64,000 nucleotides of DNA, taken from assembly GCF_009914755.1 (NCBI RefSeq), contig NC_060933.1, one strand, 5' to 3'. Position numbers and translations under genes: made by a program. The stretch is from the human T2T-CHM13v2.0 reference genome, Homo sapiens. Below are positions 45,132-57,263 of the stretch, piece after piece. The notes under the pieces were generated by a model. The model saw only the letters and a program-made list of their open reading frames with translations, made no database searches and was not told the DNA's origin. Each line of letters opens with the position of its first letter. Position 1 is the stretch's first letter.

Positions 45132-46129
45132 AGAATGGATAGTAATAGTAGCTATAAAATATGCCCAGAAAAACCCAAGTTTAAATTATCCTTTTCTGAA
45201 AACAATTTTGTTAGGTAATCATTCACCGGAATTTAATGAGGCAAATACCTTGGAAGATTTACCTTTTCTCTTTCCATTAAATAAGTTTTTATTAGCAACA
45301 ATAATAACAATCAGCTTCCATGTATTGGGCAATTTATGTGTGCCAGATTGTAGGCTGAATACTTTCTACCAGCAGTTCTCGGAGTGTAGAGTTAGGATCT
45401 CAGGATCCCTATGATCTTTTCAGGTGATTGGTGACGTTAAATCTATATATATAATAAAATCTATTAAGTTATTTGCCTTTTTCCTTCCCATTCTCTCGTG
45501 AGTGTGTAGCAGAGTTTTCCAGAGGCTACAGGACATGTGATAACACAATAGACTGAAAAGAGAAGCTGGTAAGAGGACCTAGTTGTCTTCTATTAAAACA
45601 AAGAGATTTGAAAAAAAAAAAAGAAAAGAAAAGTAAACAATGCCCCTCTTGTCACTGTTTTTAAGAAAATGTTTATTTTTCATTAAAATGTTACCTGTAT
45701 GTTAACATATAATAGGTTACTACCTTTAGACAAATTAATTTCTTTAAAATGTCTCCATTTTAATTTCTAATACACTAAAATTAATAGATATAACTTACAC
45801 AAAAAAACTCTATGCGTTCTTCAATTTGTAAGTGTAAAAGGATCTTAAGCCCAATAAGTATGAAAACAGTTGATTTACATTTCAACCTCAACTTATGAGG
45901 TAATAGTTCTATTTTATCATCATTTCCATAATGCAAATGAGAAAAGAGACACAGAAGTAACTTGTCCAAAACCATACAAGGAGTCTCTTAAACCAACATT
46001 TGAATACAAGTCTGTAATTCCTAACCCTAAATTCTCTCCATCTTTAAGCAACAATATCTACCCAAGATATTAAAGATCACTTTTAGATCTTTAACTTTTA
46101 GATAGCTACATGCTAATCCCTATTTTTAA

Positions 46130-46740
46130 AACAATATTCTATATTGGTTTTTTATTCTTTTTCAGTTTTAAAAAGTTATGTGTGCTCATTGAATGTTTTA
46201 AATATACGGAGTTAACTTTAAAAAAAAATCAAACACTACAAAAATAACCTCCCATCACCACCACAAGTAGCTACTAAACTACTAGTAAGAGTTTGATGCC
46301 CGCTAATGCAAATTTACTTATTTACAGACATACACTTGTATAGACATACATATACTTATCTGCACAAGCACTTTTTTGAAAAAATGAGATCACAATGATT
46401 TAGCAACTTGCCTTATTTCACTTAATTATTCTTGAAGATCTTCCTGCATCTACAAATAGATATACCTCTTTTTATAGATTATCATCATTTAATTGTATCC
46501 AGTTGAGGGCCCCTATATGGCTTTCTTCCAAATTTTGACTATTACAAAAACAGTCACAAGAAACATGCTGTATCTTTGTGTACTTGTGAGAACATATTTG
46601 TCAGAAAATTCCTAGAAGTAAATTTGCTAGGCTAAACAGTATAAACATTAAAAATCTTAATAGACCTTGCCAATGTTCTCCAAAATACCCCTGCCCGATT
46701 TACATTCTCACCCACAGAATATGAGATTTCCACCAACAAT
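46130..46740 (-). mobile_element. Decayed L1ME-like fragment
   Basis: aaattcctagaagtaaatttgctaggctaaa...ccgatttacattctcaccc. Confidence 0.55.
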
Positions 46741-49700
46741 TCAGCTTTTAAGTGCCTTGGAAAATTATACTTTATGTGCTTCAAAATGCACAGCAGTAAA
46801 ACTGTTCTCACTGGTCATCTAAATTTCATACAGAACCCTACACAAGTAACACTCGCTGAATCTATCAGAACAGTCACTCATCTTCATTTTGTTCCTTATA
46901 TCTTTTAAATGACTCTGAAGAGAAAATATACCAGATGCACACAACGTCTTCAGCTAGTAAGCCCTCAAGTATTAGTTACCTTGATAAAAACTTACCCAAA
47001 TTATTTCAGAAGACCATTTAACACAAATCAAAACTATGCAGTAAAGCTGGCCTCATACACTTAAAGGAAAATTGTTAGAGTGGATTTATTAAGCTTTATC
47101 TGCCCACTCAAAGGACTAAGGCTACAAATAAAAAGCTATCAAATCCTACCAGTGGCCAAATTAGCTTCCATAAAATAATAAGCAACAGATTTCATATCAT
47201 AAATGTCAGTGAAACAAATTGCAATAGTAAGGATGGCTGTAACTGGAAAAAAAGTTCACTCAAATTCACATCATACTAAAAACAAAAACATTAATATTTT
47301 AAAAGAAATGTTTTGAATGTGACTATTCATTTCAGTCATATCAGACTAGTACAAATCTTTGGTACTAATAAATAAGATATTGTCTTTTTTTGCAGGTAAA
47401 TAGTTTAAAAATGCATCATACTCTGACCTACCTGTTTTGTCATGGCTAATAGACATTCCAGGCTTCACCATTTCATCAAAATCTCTTTTCTAAGATTTTG
47501 TGCCATTAGTTTTAAATTGAAGGTCTCCCACCCATCTTTGTGACAGAGTAAAACCTCATTAATTCAAATCCAATTAGCTCAATTCTGAAATGGTATACAT
47601 AATTCTCATTAAGCAACAAGTTAAAAATACTATAATTTTTTCTCCTACAAATTCTAATATTACTGTGAAGTAAAGGAAATCAACCTGAAAATCAATTCAC
47701 TTTTCCAAACCAAAGATTTACAAAACTAAGGACTCTTTCATCTTTGTGGCTGAGCAGTTCATCCTCAGTCCTAAGGCTCATCTCTGTTTAGCAGCTACTG
47801 TATACAGTGAAAGTGATTTAGATTGTCACTATAGCCAACACAGCTTATTTATTATAGAATATGAGCATTTCTTTTAAAGATCTTATAACTCAGATTTCTC
47901 ACAAATTCATATTTTCAGTTTCTCCAATTTCCAATTGGTAGAATTTTACTCTATCACTTATAGATCTACAATATAGCTAACATAACACTTTAAAAGGTAC
48001 TGGAAGTAGACATACAAATTCTTGGCATTCTTATTCTATATTTATTCTTATCATTTTGAAAGACTTTATAAGCCAAAAAATAAGTCCCAGGATTAAGTGG
48101 CATGTTTGGTGTTGCTTGAACTTACAACTATTCCCAATGAACAGAGAAACCTTCTCTTGCAATCTGAATCATGTGTAATTACAGTATGACAAGGTCTCTC
48201 CTGGGTGATGTAAGCTGGCACTTTTCCCAGGACTTGTCACATCATGGGAAGCACGCATACAAATAAAAATCCAAAAATAAACATTTTAAAACAATGGCTT
48301 ATAGACTGCATAGAGAACCTCCACAGTTGAGTATAAAAATTGAGGAATCCAACCAACAAGCAGACATCTCTCACCAGAGACCTCTGAGAAGTCATCACTG
48401 CTATCAAGCAGCTTACCACGCCTAGCAACAACTCCCAGGTGTGGCCTATGTGAGCAGCACCCTCATGTTCCCTCAGGGCAGACAGAAAATCATTAAGTAT
48501 AGGAAATAAAAATAACATCAATGCACACATCCACTGAAGCAGAAAAACAATGGTAAAATAGAGGTTGATCATCTTTAATTTCATAATGCCAATTTGTTGA
48601 TTGTCAAGGTGCCTAAACAAAGTTACCTTAAGAGCTACATCTTCTGCCAACTGAGTTAATTTTCCTAATAAATGTTGCTTTTTAAAAGCTTATTTCACCT
48701 TGAAGTGAACTGCAGCCAAGTAGTAGTAATAATGTGTACCAAGGATCTTAGAAAGTGGTTTCTTTTGTTTAAACTCCTCTGCTCTACAGACACATGGAAA
48801 GGGAGAGAGAGAATCCGAGAAGCAGCATATCAACCTCATCAGCGATAGAAATTTGACATCGCTCATCCTTACCACAGTTTGGAGGAAATATGAAATATAA
48901 TAATCTCTGACTATATTTTAACATAAAATGCTAACAAATTTCAAATGTTATTTCCTATAGGCCATGCATATTTCTAGCCCTCTATAAGAAACTGGATTTA
49001 TTTATTAACCATCCAACAAAGACCATCAAATTCAACCGTTCAAGTTTTCAGGAGGAGTTATAAACCAAACCACTAAAGGCAAAAAATACAATCCTACTTC
49101 CCATTACATGAGCTCTGGAAACAAAACTAAGCACCAATACAAACCTCTGCCACCTCTAAGGCACACGACGCTTCTCCTTTCTTTATTCAGCCCCCTGAAT
49201 GTTCAATAATTTCCACACAGCTCTAAGCAGAATGGATTTATTATGATATTACTCTAAGAAACGACAGGAGTTCTAGATGCCAATAAAGATTACGGATCAA
49301 ATGGAAGATAACTACTAACCATTGTGTCGACTTAGATAAATAAACCTGCTCACAAACAAAGCACCTTATTGTATTTGTACTGTTACCTTCACTAATCCAA
49401 CTAAAACAACCAGACATTAGTTTTCCAGAGGTTGAAGGGAAAAGAAATCGGTATTTCTCAAACCCTCTTTAAATTTCTTTCAAAATGACACTCCGTTTCT
49501 TTTTTCCAAAACTGTCCTGCCCATTATGGAAAATGTTTGGGACCACAGAGGCCCAGTAGGATTATGCAAACTAGACTCCAAGGCTAAGAACCAAGGTGGG
49601 GAGGGACTAAAGCAAAAGGCTTCCTCCACATCGTTCCTCTTCAACTTAGCTTCGACCTTTGCAAGAACAGTCTCCCTGCAGATCACATCCGGCAGACACT

Positions 49701-49979
49701 TTGGAACGTTGCTCAGAATCAAAGGAGCAGTCAAGTGGCACGCGGGGGTGGGAGGGAGGAACGAGTAAGCCCCCCAAGTAAACATAAAATCCAGACTGGA
49801 GTGGGTGTGGCGGTGGCTAAGCCACAAAAAGAAAAGTCTATGGCAACTGGCACCTGGTGCCTCATACACAGACAGGAAAGCACAGAAGACCCTAAAGAGA
49901 ACCGACTTGCCAAGACCGAACAATAACTACATCCAATACATTCTTTGCTAATAACACAGGTAAATCTTAATTTCTCTAG

Positions 49980-49984
<5 letters not shown>

Positions 49985-50025
<41 letters not shown>

Positions 50026-50027
50026 GC
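49985..50027. repeat. (CA)19 microsatellite followed by CGCGC
   Basis: Direct reading. Confidence 0.95.
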
Positions 50028-50382
50028 AAAGTGTTTATTCCCTCCAGCCCGATTCCCCACATCTCCAAACTCAACAACTAATTGCACCTTCCCCACAGAA
50101 CCCGCGGCTAACCCCAGAGGACTGGTGAGGGCTGGCTTGGGATGAATAAACACTCGACACCTGACGGTCCTTTCTCTGCGGTGACTTTCACCAAGCCGAA
50201 GTGGCGCGCGCGCGGGCAGGCGGGAGCCGGGACCTGGCCCGCGCGGCGCCGCGCACCCGGATCCCGAGGCTACGCCGGCGAGCGCGGCGCGGGGGGCGGG
50301 GAGCAGGACAGCGGGACCGCCCGGGCCAAGCGATTGTTTCAAAGACATTTTTTATCAAGACCCTTTTGTATTCGAGCCCTAC

Positions 50383-50563
50383 CTCTTTTTGGCCTAGGAA
50401 AGCTTTCGTGCAAGTGGAAGACGACTTTCTCCACAAAGTGCTGTATGTTACTGTGCTCCGGACCGCGTACGAACACCATCCAGTCGTGGGTGAAGCCCTC
50501 CACGGTGGGTTTTTTCCTCACCTGGGCGCGGTGCCCCAGCTCCAGCTTCACCTGCACGGCACA
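50383..50563 (-). CDS. MLLT3: MLLT3 exon 2, N-terminal half of the YEATS domain
   Basis: Acceptor cctccccctgcccgcag|TGT. Translates [60 protein letters not shown] plus one G, then donor G|GTAGGG (phase 1). Contains the YEATS THDW and LHESF motifs; 181 nt. Confidence 0.98.
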
Positions 50564-51501
50564 CTGCGGGCAGGGGGAGGAGAGACAGCCGTGAATAACA
50601 GGAAGGCGAGGTTTCGGCAGTGAACGTTGCGCCTGACATTTTTTTCCTCCTTCTTGAAACGCACATAAAAGGAAACGGCGGTGCCCTCTGCATCCACGTT
50701 TCACGCGCGTGGGCGCGCACACTCCACACCCCCAAATATACCCGCCCGCCCGGCCCGGCTTGGCCCCAGGCGCCCCGGGCCCCGCATCTACATCGGACAG
50801 GATTGTAACGGAATGTTATCCCCAGTCGGGAAGGGGGTCGGGGAAAAGAGGGAGAACACACTCAGCCACGACAAGCACGACAACAAATGCATCGGAAACA
50901 AATCAGAAGGCGATGCCGGGGCGGTTTCCCGGCGTGGGAGGGGAGGTGGCTGGGACCCAGGGGGACCGAAGGGCTCCTGGCGAGCCCCCTCCCCGAAAGT
51001 ACCGCGGCGACAGGCACACGCCGAGGAAGTCTTTGTGTACGTGTGTGTGCGTGCGTGTGGAGCGCTGTGCCAGGCGAAATGGAAACTACAGGCAGCCTCT
51101 GCTGATGGGCACAAACTCCCGTGCTCTTGCCACGGGGTTCGTGCACAACAAAAATGAGACGTCGTCATACACACTGAAACACACACACACGCCCGCAGGA
51201 AAACACGCCGAGGCATCCATAACTTAGAGCACCCCGCACCCCCCAGCGAAAAGCCCCACGCGATCGGCGAGGCCAGTCGAACCGAGCCCCCGCAACACAC
51301 TTTAAAGAGCCCAAGTGGCTCCAAAGTATCTCCCACCTCCCCCCAAAAAATGAAATTCAGAAAGGCAGGGCGGCGGGCGGACAGCCGCCGAGCCTCGGCT
51401 CGCGCTCAGCACCTCCCGGCGCTGGGGCAAAGTTGCGTGCGGCCCCGCCGCTGTCAGCCCCGCACACTTCGGCTCACACACGCGCGCCGCGGAGAACGCA
51501 C

Positions 51502-51504
51502 CAT
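51502..51504 (-). CDS. MLLT3: MLLT3 alternative first exon 1b, coding part is ATG only (M-CAVQVK..., 3 aa shorter)
   Basis: Minus strand CTACG ATG|GTGCGT phase-0 donor at 51501-51496, preceded by a GC-rich UTR-like stretch with a YY1-type GCCATATTT. Agrees with my recollection of a 3-aa-shorter AF9 isoform. Confidence 0.75.
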
Positions 51505-51630
51505 CGTAGCGGCCGCGGCGCTTTGCGGAGGTGCGGCCGCCGAGGCTGCTCGCCGCGTCCCCGGACTGTGCCCGCAGCTCCCGGCGGCGGCGGCTGAAAT
51601 ATGGCTGAGTTATTATTCGCCTCCTTCCAC

Positions 51631-51792
51631 CGTGTGTGTGTGTGTGTGTGAGTGCGCGCGTGTGAGCGAGAGGGAGTGTGTGAGTGCGCTTCTTGTGACT
51701 GCAAAGAGGCGAGGAGGGAGGGAGGCGCGGGGGGTGGAGGGGCGAGTGTGAGCGTGTGTGAGTGTGTGTGTGTCTGTGTGTCTGTGTGCGCG
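51631..51792. repeat. Interrupted (TG)n/(CG)n alternating purine-pyrimidine tracts in intron 1
   Basis: gtgtgtgt...gcgcgcgtgtg and gtgtgtgtgtctgtgtgtctgtgtgcgcgc. Confidence 0.85.
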
Positions 51793-51974
51793 CCGGGGGG
51801 GGGGTGGGGGAGGAGGGGAGCGGAGGCTGAGGGAGAGGCGGCAGCTCCCTGCAAGCCGTACCAACCTTTCTCTAATTGGAACCGCGGAGCGCTGGCGCTG
51901 TCTGGGCTGCGGCGGCGCAGGGCGAGGAAGGAAAGTGGGGGAGGGCTTTTATTATTATTTTTGCGCGTACTTAC

Positions 51975-51986
51975 CGAGCTAGCCAT
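51975..51986 (-). CDS. MLLT3: MLLT3/AF9 coding exon 1a (Met-Ala-Ser-Ser)
   Basis: Minus strand reads GGC-ATG GCT AGC TCG|GTAAGT: strong Kozak (-3 G, +4 G) and a consensus donor at 51974-51969. It splices in phase 0 to exon 2, giving [15 protein letters not shown], the AF9 N-terminus. Confidence 0.97.
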
Positions 51987-52047
51987 GCCTGGGGGCCCGG
52001 AGGTTTGCTGGGGTGTTGTGTGGTACCCCCCCCTCCTCCGCCCCCCC

Positions 52048-52062
52048 TCAGCTGTAATTCAT
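52048..52062 (-). other. uORF2 (MNYS*), start overlaps the uORF1 stop (ATGA)
   Basis: ATG AAT TAC AGC TGA read on the minus strand. Confidence 0.55.
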
Positions 52063-52118
52063 GAAGAGGCTGCTATGAATGAGAGCGCGCCCAGGAGCGG
52101 AGGGTAGATGGCGGACAT
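52059..52118 (-). other. uORF1 (MSAIYPPLLGALSFIAASS*), in frame with MLLT3
   Basis: ATG at 52118 with -3 A; TGA at 52061-52059. Confidence 0.6.
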
Positions 52119-52187
52119 TCTCTGCCTTTTTCCCCCCGCGCTCGCTTGCTCGCTCGCTCGCTTATTAAACTCAGCCCCAAAAGCAAA

Positions 52188-52208
52188 AGCAGCAGCAGCA
52201 GCAGCAGC
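52188..52208. repeat. (AGC)7 / (GCT)7 trinucleotide repeat in the 5'UTR
   Basis: Seven consecutive AGC units. Confidence 0.9.
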
Positions 52209-52229
52209 TCCAGGGTAAAGAAGATGATT

Positions 52230-52365
52230 GCGGAGCATGCGCCGTGGCGCCTGACACCCGGGCTCCGAGCCTCACAGGGCGGAGGGAGGGCTTGCGGGCG
52301 GGGCGGAGCGCGCGGGGAGGCAGAGCGAGCGAGCCAGGGGGAGCTCGAAAGAGCCAATCACCTGC
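52230..52365 (-). promoter_or_regulatory. MLLT3: TATA-less core promoter with NRF1-like site, GC boxes and CCAAT box
   Basis: GCATGCGC at 52235-52242, GGGCGGAG at ~52277 and ~52301, AGCCAATCA (NF-Y consensus) at 52352-52360. Confidence 0.65.
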
Positions 52366-53613
52366 CACCTCCCGAAACCCCGGCGGCCCGCAGCGCCACA
52401 CTGGAAAGCCTCGCTTAAAGTAACAGGTTCCTGCTGGGGGGGTGGCAGGGAGGGGACGCAGGAGTGGGGAGAGCGGCCAGCTGGGGAGCCATCCCAGCCC
52501 CTGTGTAAACTCTGCTCGCCCTACAATAAAAAACGGATTAAAACTGCTGGAATGTAGCCACTGCTTAGAGCCCTCAGCAGCCGGAGAGGGGGTGTTAAAT
52601 CAAGTCCTTAGCTAGTACGCACGGGGAGGAGGGAGTGGGCTTTCTTTTACTTTCCACCACGTATTTCTGTGGTTTTGTGCTGAAAAGACAAGAACTCACA
52701 CCCAAACAAACTTACTTAAAGAGAGCGAGAGAAATGCCATCCTGCAAAAAACGAGCATGAAAATAGCAATGACTGAGGCTGTTCTAACCCGCAACGATCC
52801 CCTGGCCCCCTGCCCCATCCACTCACAGGCACCCGCCCGCCACCCTCACTCCCCGCCCTTCTGCCACCGCCACCGAAAATTTGAAAATGAAATGAACAAG
52901 GGAGAAACAAGGATGCTATTTCCTTGCAAGGGAACGCCTTCCGCTTTGGTAATCCCCGGCTGGGAAGCTTCATAAAGCGGTGCCCAGGTGAAAGCAAGAC
53001 ACCTGGGAGTGCCGGGTACAGACCCTCGGGGACCAGGCTTGGAGTTGTTTTCTTCGGGGGGCTTCCCCTCCTGACAGCCTACTGAGTTGCATCAGAACGT
53101 GGAGGATTGTCCTCTGAGGACGCGCGGGGCAACCGGGAGTCTTAAAATAGCAGATAAAGTTAATACTGACTGTAATTTGCGTAAATTGGATTATAATCTT
53201 TAGGCGTATTGGTGACAACCAGCGTAATCCATCTCTGAGTATTAATCCGGTTAGACTCCCGGGTGACAGCCAGTCGCAGGAGTGTTCCCAGAGTCGCGCC
53301 TCTGCAAATGTTCTCACTCGCGTTGTATTTGATCTCAGTGGCCGGAGATAGAACAGCGCGGCCACGCGTGGGGCGCGGAGAGGAGTATCAACTACTGGCT
53401 TCCTTTACAGACGCAGATAACCTTTAAAAAGGAAACGGATAAGATCTAGACGATTGATTTGAAAGTGAAAGATGGATGTGACTTTGGTTCGTTAAAAAAA
53501 GATCCTTGCATCTTCCTAGCCCTTAGACCTCTTTTGCCTTCTCTTTACTCCCCTTTTTCCCTCGCCTTCCAACTTCTTGCTGAACCTTGATTTTTCCTTC
53601 TCTTCTCCTTGCC

Positions 53614-53690
53614 TTTCCTCTTTGTCCCTCTTTCTTTCCTCTTTGTCCCTTTCTTTCCTCTTTGTCCCTTTCTTTCCTCTTTGTCCCTCT
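53614..53690. repeat. ~19-21 bp pyrimidine minisatellite (TTTCCTCTTTGTCCCTTTC) x4 within a ~220-bp polypyrimidine tract (53530-53745)
   Basis: Four copies of TTTCCTCTTTGTCC. Confidence 0.85.
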
Positions 53691-56600
53691 TCCTCTTTCT
53701 GACTGAACTTCCTTGCTTTCCTCTTTTCCCTTTACTTCCCTTTTCCACAAAAGCAAGTTGTCTCGGCCCTTGAATTGAGAAGAGCAGAATAGCGGGGAGG
53801 ACGTTACCTAGGGCGTCCTGTGTCCTCGCTGTTAATTTTCAGTTCTCCCAGCAGCTCTCACAAAGATCCTGGGAATCAGGTCGGACCACTTGGAACCAAC
53901 CTTAGTTTCCAAACCAGCAGCCTTCCAACTCAACTTTTGATTCCCTAAAACTGATATTCCGCTGCCTGTCAGTTATAATCAAGAAACTTCTTTGGCTTGA
54001 GGTCCCCAGTTCTTCCCAGCCTTCTACAGGATTTAGCATAGAATGGAGCAAACGACTGAAGGTAGAAACATTTTAATCTAAATCCAAGGGCTTAGATTTG
54101 TCAACTGACACACATATACATAACTGCATATCATCCTGTAGGTATATGCGTCGCTGTGTCTGTATGTATGTACAAGGACTACGTTTATATTCGCAGAGAC
54201 AAGCTGTGTGGGTAGTATCTACGTGAAGGGGGGACCTATTTATTGTGCATTATTAAACTTTTGATAAAATAATCAAATTTGAGAGCAGTCCTTTGTAATA
54301 ATAGTATTGGAAACTAAAGGTTATCTGGACGTGCCATTAGTAAAGCCATTTCTTATTAAGAAGTAACCATTAACAGCGAGTGTAGCTCAGGACACAGGCA
54401 AAAAACAACAATCCCATTCCCCGTTTGAGTTCATTTCAGGGTTTAACTTCTTCCGGCGCCAGCCACCGGACTCTCTTGAGATTGTCTCCAAAACTTGTAC
54501 CCGCACAACAGATAGAGGTCTCTTTTTTGAATTATGTGTTTGCTGAATTCAGATTTATTCCAGCAATCACTAATAAGCCATAGAGTCTGAAAGGGTATTT
54601 TCCCAGTACCCCTCCTTCCTCAAAGAATGCTCTAACAACCCAACGTAGTTACTCCCAATCTCCAAATACTGGACATTTAGATTCCGTCAGTAGATGGCGC
54701 ACGGAGCTCTTCCACGGACGTCCTTACGTGACCCCTTCACAACAAAAAGATCAGGAAGGGGGAGAAAAGAAAGAAAAGAAAACACAAGACTGAATACTCT
54801 CCCTTCAACTTTGGACAAAGAAATTTATGCAAGTCTGTCAATTTATTAATTACAACCTATTTTAATAAGCTTGCCATTAAAAACAATTAAAATCGATTAA
54901 TTTCCTGTGCAGATCTTCACACTTTAACGTGAGGTAAAAATGTGGAAAATAACCTTTTGTGTACTTGACAATGTGGTTATAGAAAATGTACTGTAAAGAA
55001 ATTTTAAGACAAACTTCAGTGCTAAATACAGAAATAGTAATATAATAACTAAAATGGAAGTGGTGAGGGATAAAATCATCTACTTATCCAAAGAATAATT
55101 ATCTTACCAAAATTCATACTGTTGTATATAGCACAGTATGAAGCACCATGGGGTTAGTTTGAAGATCAGAAAAGTAATTAACATATCAAATAAAAATCGT
55201 GATGAAGAATAAAAGAGAACAGTGTCTGTGACAGATCACTACCACCACTACCATCACCATTGCCCTACCACCATCATTTTGGCTCCAGCCTTTTTATTTG
55301 CAATTGTTTTCTTTAGTCTGGAAGCTAAAGCCAGTTTCCATGTTTCTGGCAGAACAAAGAGAGGGCCTTTAACGTGTAATTAGAGTGTTAAGGAGCATCC
55401 TAAAATAAACTTATCTATTTGTTGTGATAGATAATTGATGCACAAATTCAAATCAATAAAAATTTACCATTTATTTCCCGTCATTGCTGTATAGACTTGG
55501 GGAGAAAAGAGGAAGAAGAAGCATGGAAAAAACTAGAAAATGTGCCAGACTCTAAATAGACATTTTGCAAAAATCAGACTCAAAGTAATTAAGGATTCTT
55601 CTTCCATAATTGTGCACCTTTTTCTGTGTACTGCATCCATGTGTTTATTCACAAAATCATTCCACGTCTCAGGCAGAGAGTTAGGCCCTAAGACTGTAAG
55701 AATGACAGGATTCCTGATATCAGAGTTTATAAACCAGGGGAGAAGTTTCGCCAAAAACTTTTTTTTTTTTAAATTTCATAACAGCTAAATTTGGGATAAG
55801 ATGCGTGTCATATATAAGCGAGGAGCATAGAAACCTGACATGAACAGCCCAAGGACAGGAAAAACAGTGGCATGAGATTAGAAGCCAGGAGTCATTGTCC
55901 TTAATTCCACCTTTTAATACTTAAAAGGTGGGGAGGGGCAGATATCTTTCTTGCAACAGCAGCCAGTTCCTACTTTCCTTTTTCTTGATCTGAAGTATTT
56001 TGTATGTTCACTTTTTTACAGCTCTTTTAGGGAGAAAAAAAAAAATCCCACAATGAAAGAAAGCTAAGTCTTTTCAAGATCATGAGCAATTCTCAGTTGA
56101 AATCATCTCCCCATTTCTTATGGAAATTTTTGGTTCAAAATGTTACATGTTTAACATTATATTTAATTCATGATTCTAGGATAGTGTGGGAACACTAGAA
56201 TGGTAAGACTCATTACTATTTTGAAAAAAAGATTGCTTTGATAGCCGTTTGAGCACCTAGTCCAGGACTATTTCCAGAGATAAGAAATACACAGAGCTTT
56301 TTTAACCACCAGTGCCTCTTCATGTGTAAATTATTCCCTGAGAGTAATTTAAGCAATGCACTTATACATGCAGAAGACAAGAGTGCCTCCACAGTAATAA
56401 TTTATTAATTTAGTGGGCTGTATCCTTAATTTAATAAGTAGCACCTCAAGGCCTGAAAATTAATCAAGGATGTCGTGTAAAACCAGCAATATGAAACAAA
56501 ATAAGTATTGGGGGACAGTTGATATAGAGTGATTGAAAGAGTCTCCCTAATATATACAGGATGCTTAGTGGAATAGTTCTAGGTAAAATACATATTGAGT

Positions 56601-56955
56601 TGAAAATGCTTGCTGTAAAACAATCTATCTAAAAAGTAGACCAAATGACTATATCTTTATGTATCTCTGGCATCTCTTCAAACGCTACTGTGCAATGTTC
56701 CTTCTTTCTTTATGTAATGATTTGATCTCTTTTATTTTTAATGGAAATTCTGTTTGTTTTTATATATGAGTTCACCTCTCCCACTCACATATAATGAATC
56801 AGGGCTTAAAATAATCACTTTATCTTAAAATAATAAAATATATTTTGTCTTTTTGGTAAAAATGGAAAAATAACATATCAGGCCTATGAACTAATTTGGA
56901 CAGCTCAAACTTCAACAAAAACTGCCAAAAACTTAGGAAAAAGAAGTAACTCCTA

Positions 56956-57263
<308 letters not shown>

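Larger units (their letters stand above)
51987..52229 (-). other. MLLT3: MLLT3 exon 1a 5'UTR (5' boundary approximate)
   Basis: Lies between the ATG and a GC-box/CCAAT promoter and contains (GCT)7, two uORFs and G-tracts. The TSS near 52229 is inferred, not directly visible. Confidence 0.6.
50090..53400. promoter_or_regulatory. MLLT3: CpG island spanning the MLLT3 promoter, exons 1a/1b and exon 2
   Basis: Abrupt rise in GC and CpG (many CGCG, GCGGCG) against AT-rich flanks; core about 50090-52420. Confidence 0.93.

Noticed and set aside
50339-50722. 127-aa ORF as a single-exon YEATS gene
   Set aside because: Only 50383-50563 is AF9 sequence, bounded by canonical AG/GT; the flanks are intronic read-through.
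51474-51986. 170-aa ORF starting MASS
   Set aside because: Read-through past the GTAAGT donor into intron 1, giving low-complexity translation.
49480-53365. Many overlapping 60-205 aa ORFs on both strands across the CpG island
   Set aside because: Expected from stop-codon scarcity in GC-rich DNA and from microsatellite translations. Only the spliced MLLT3 segments resemble a protein.
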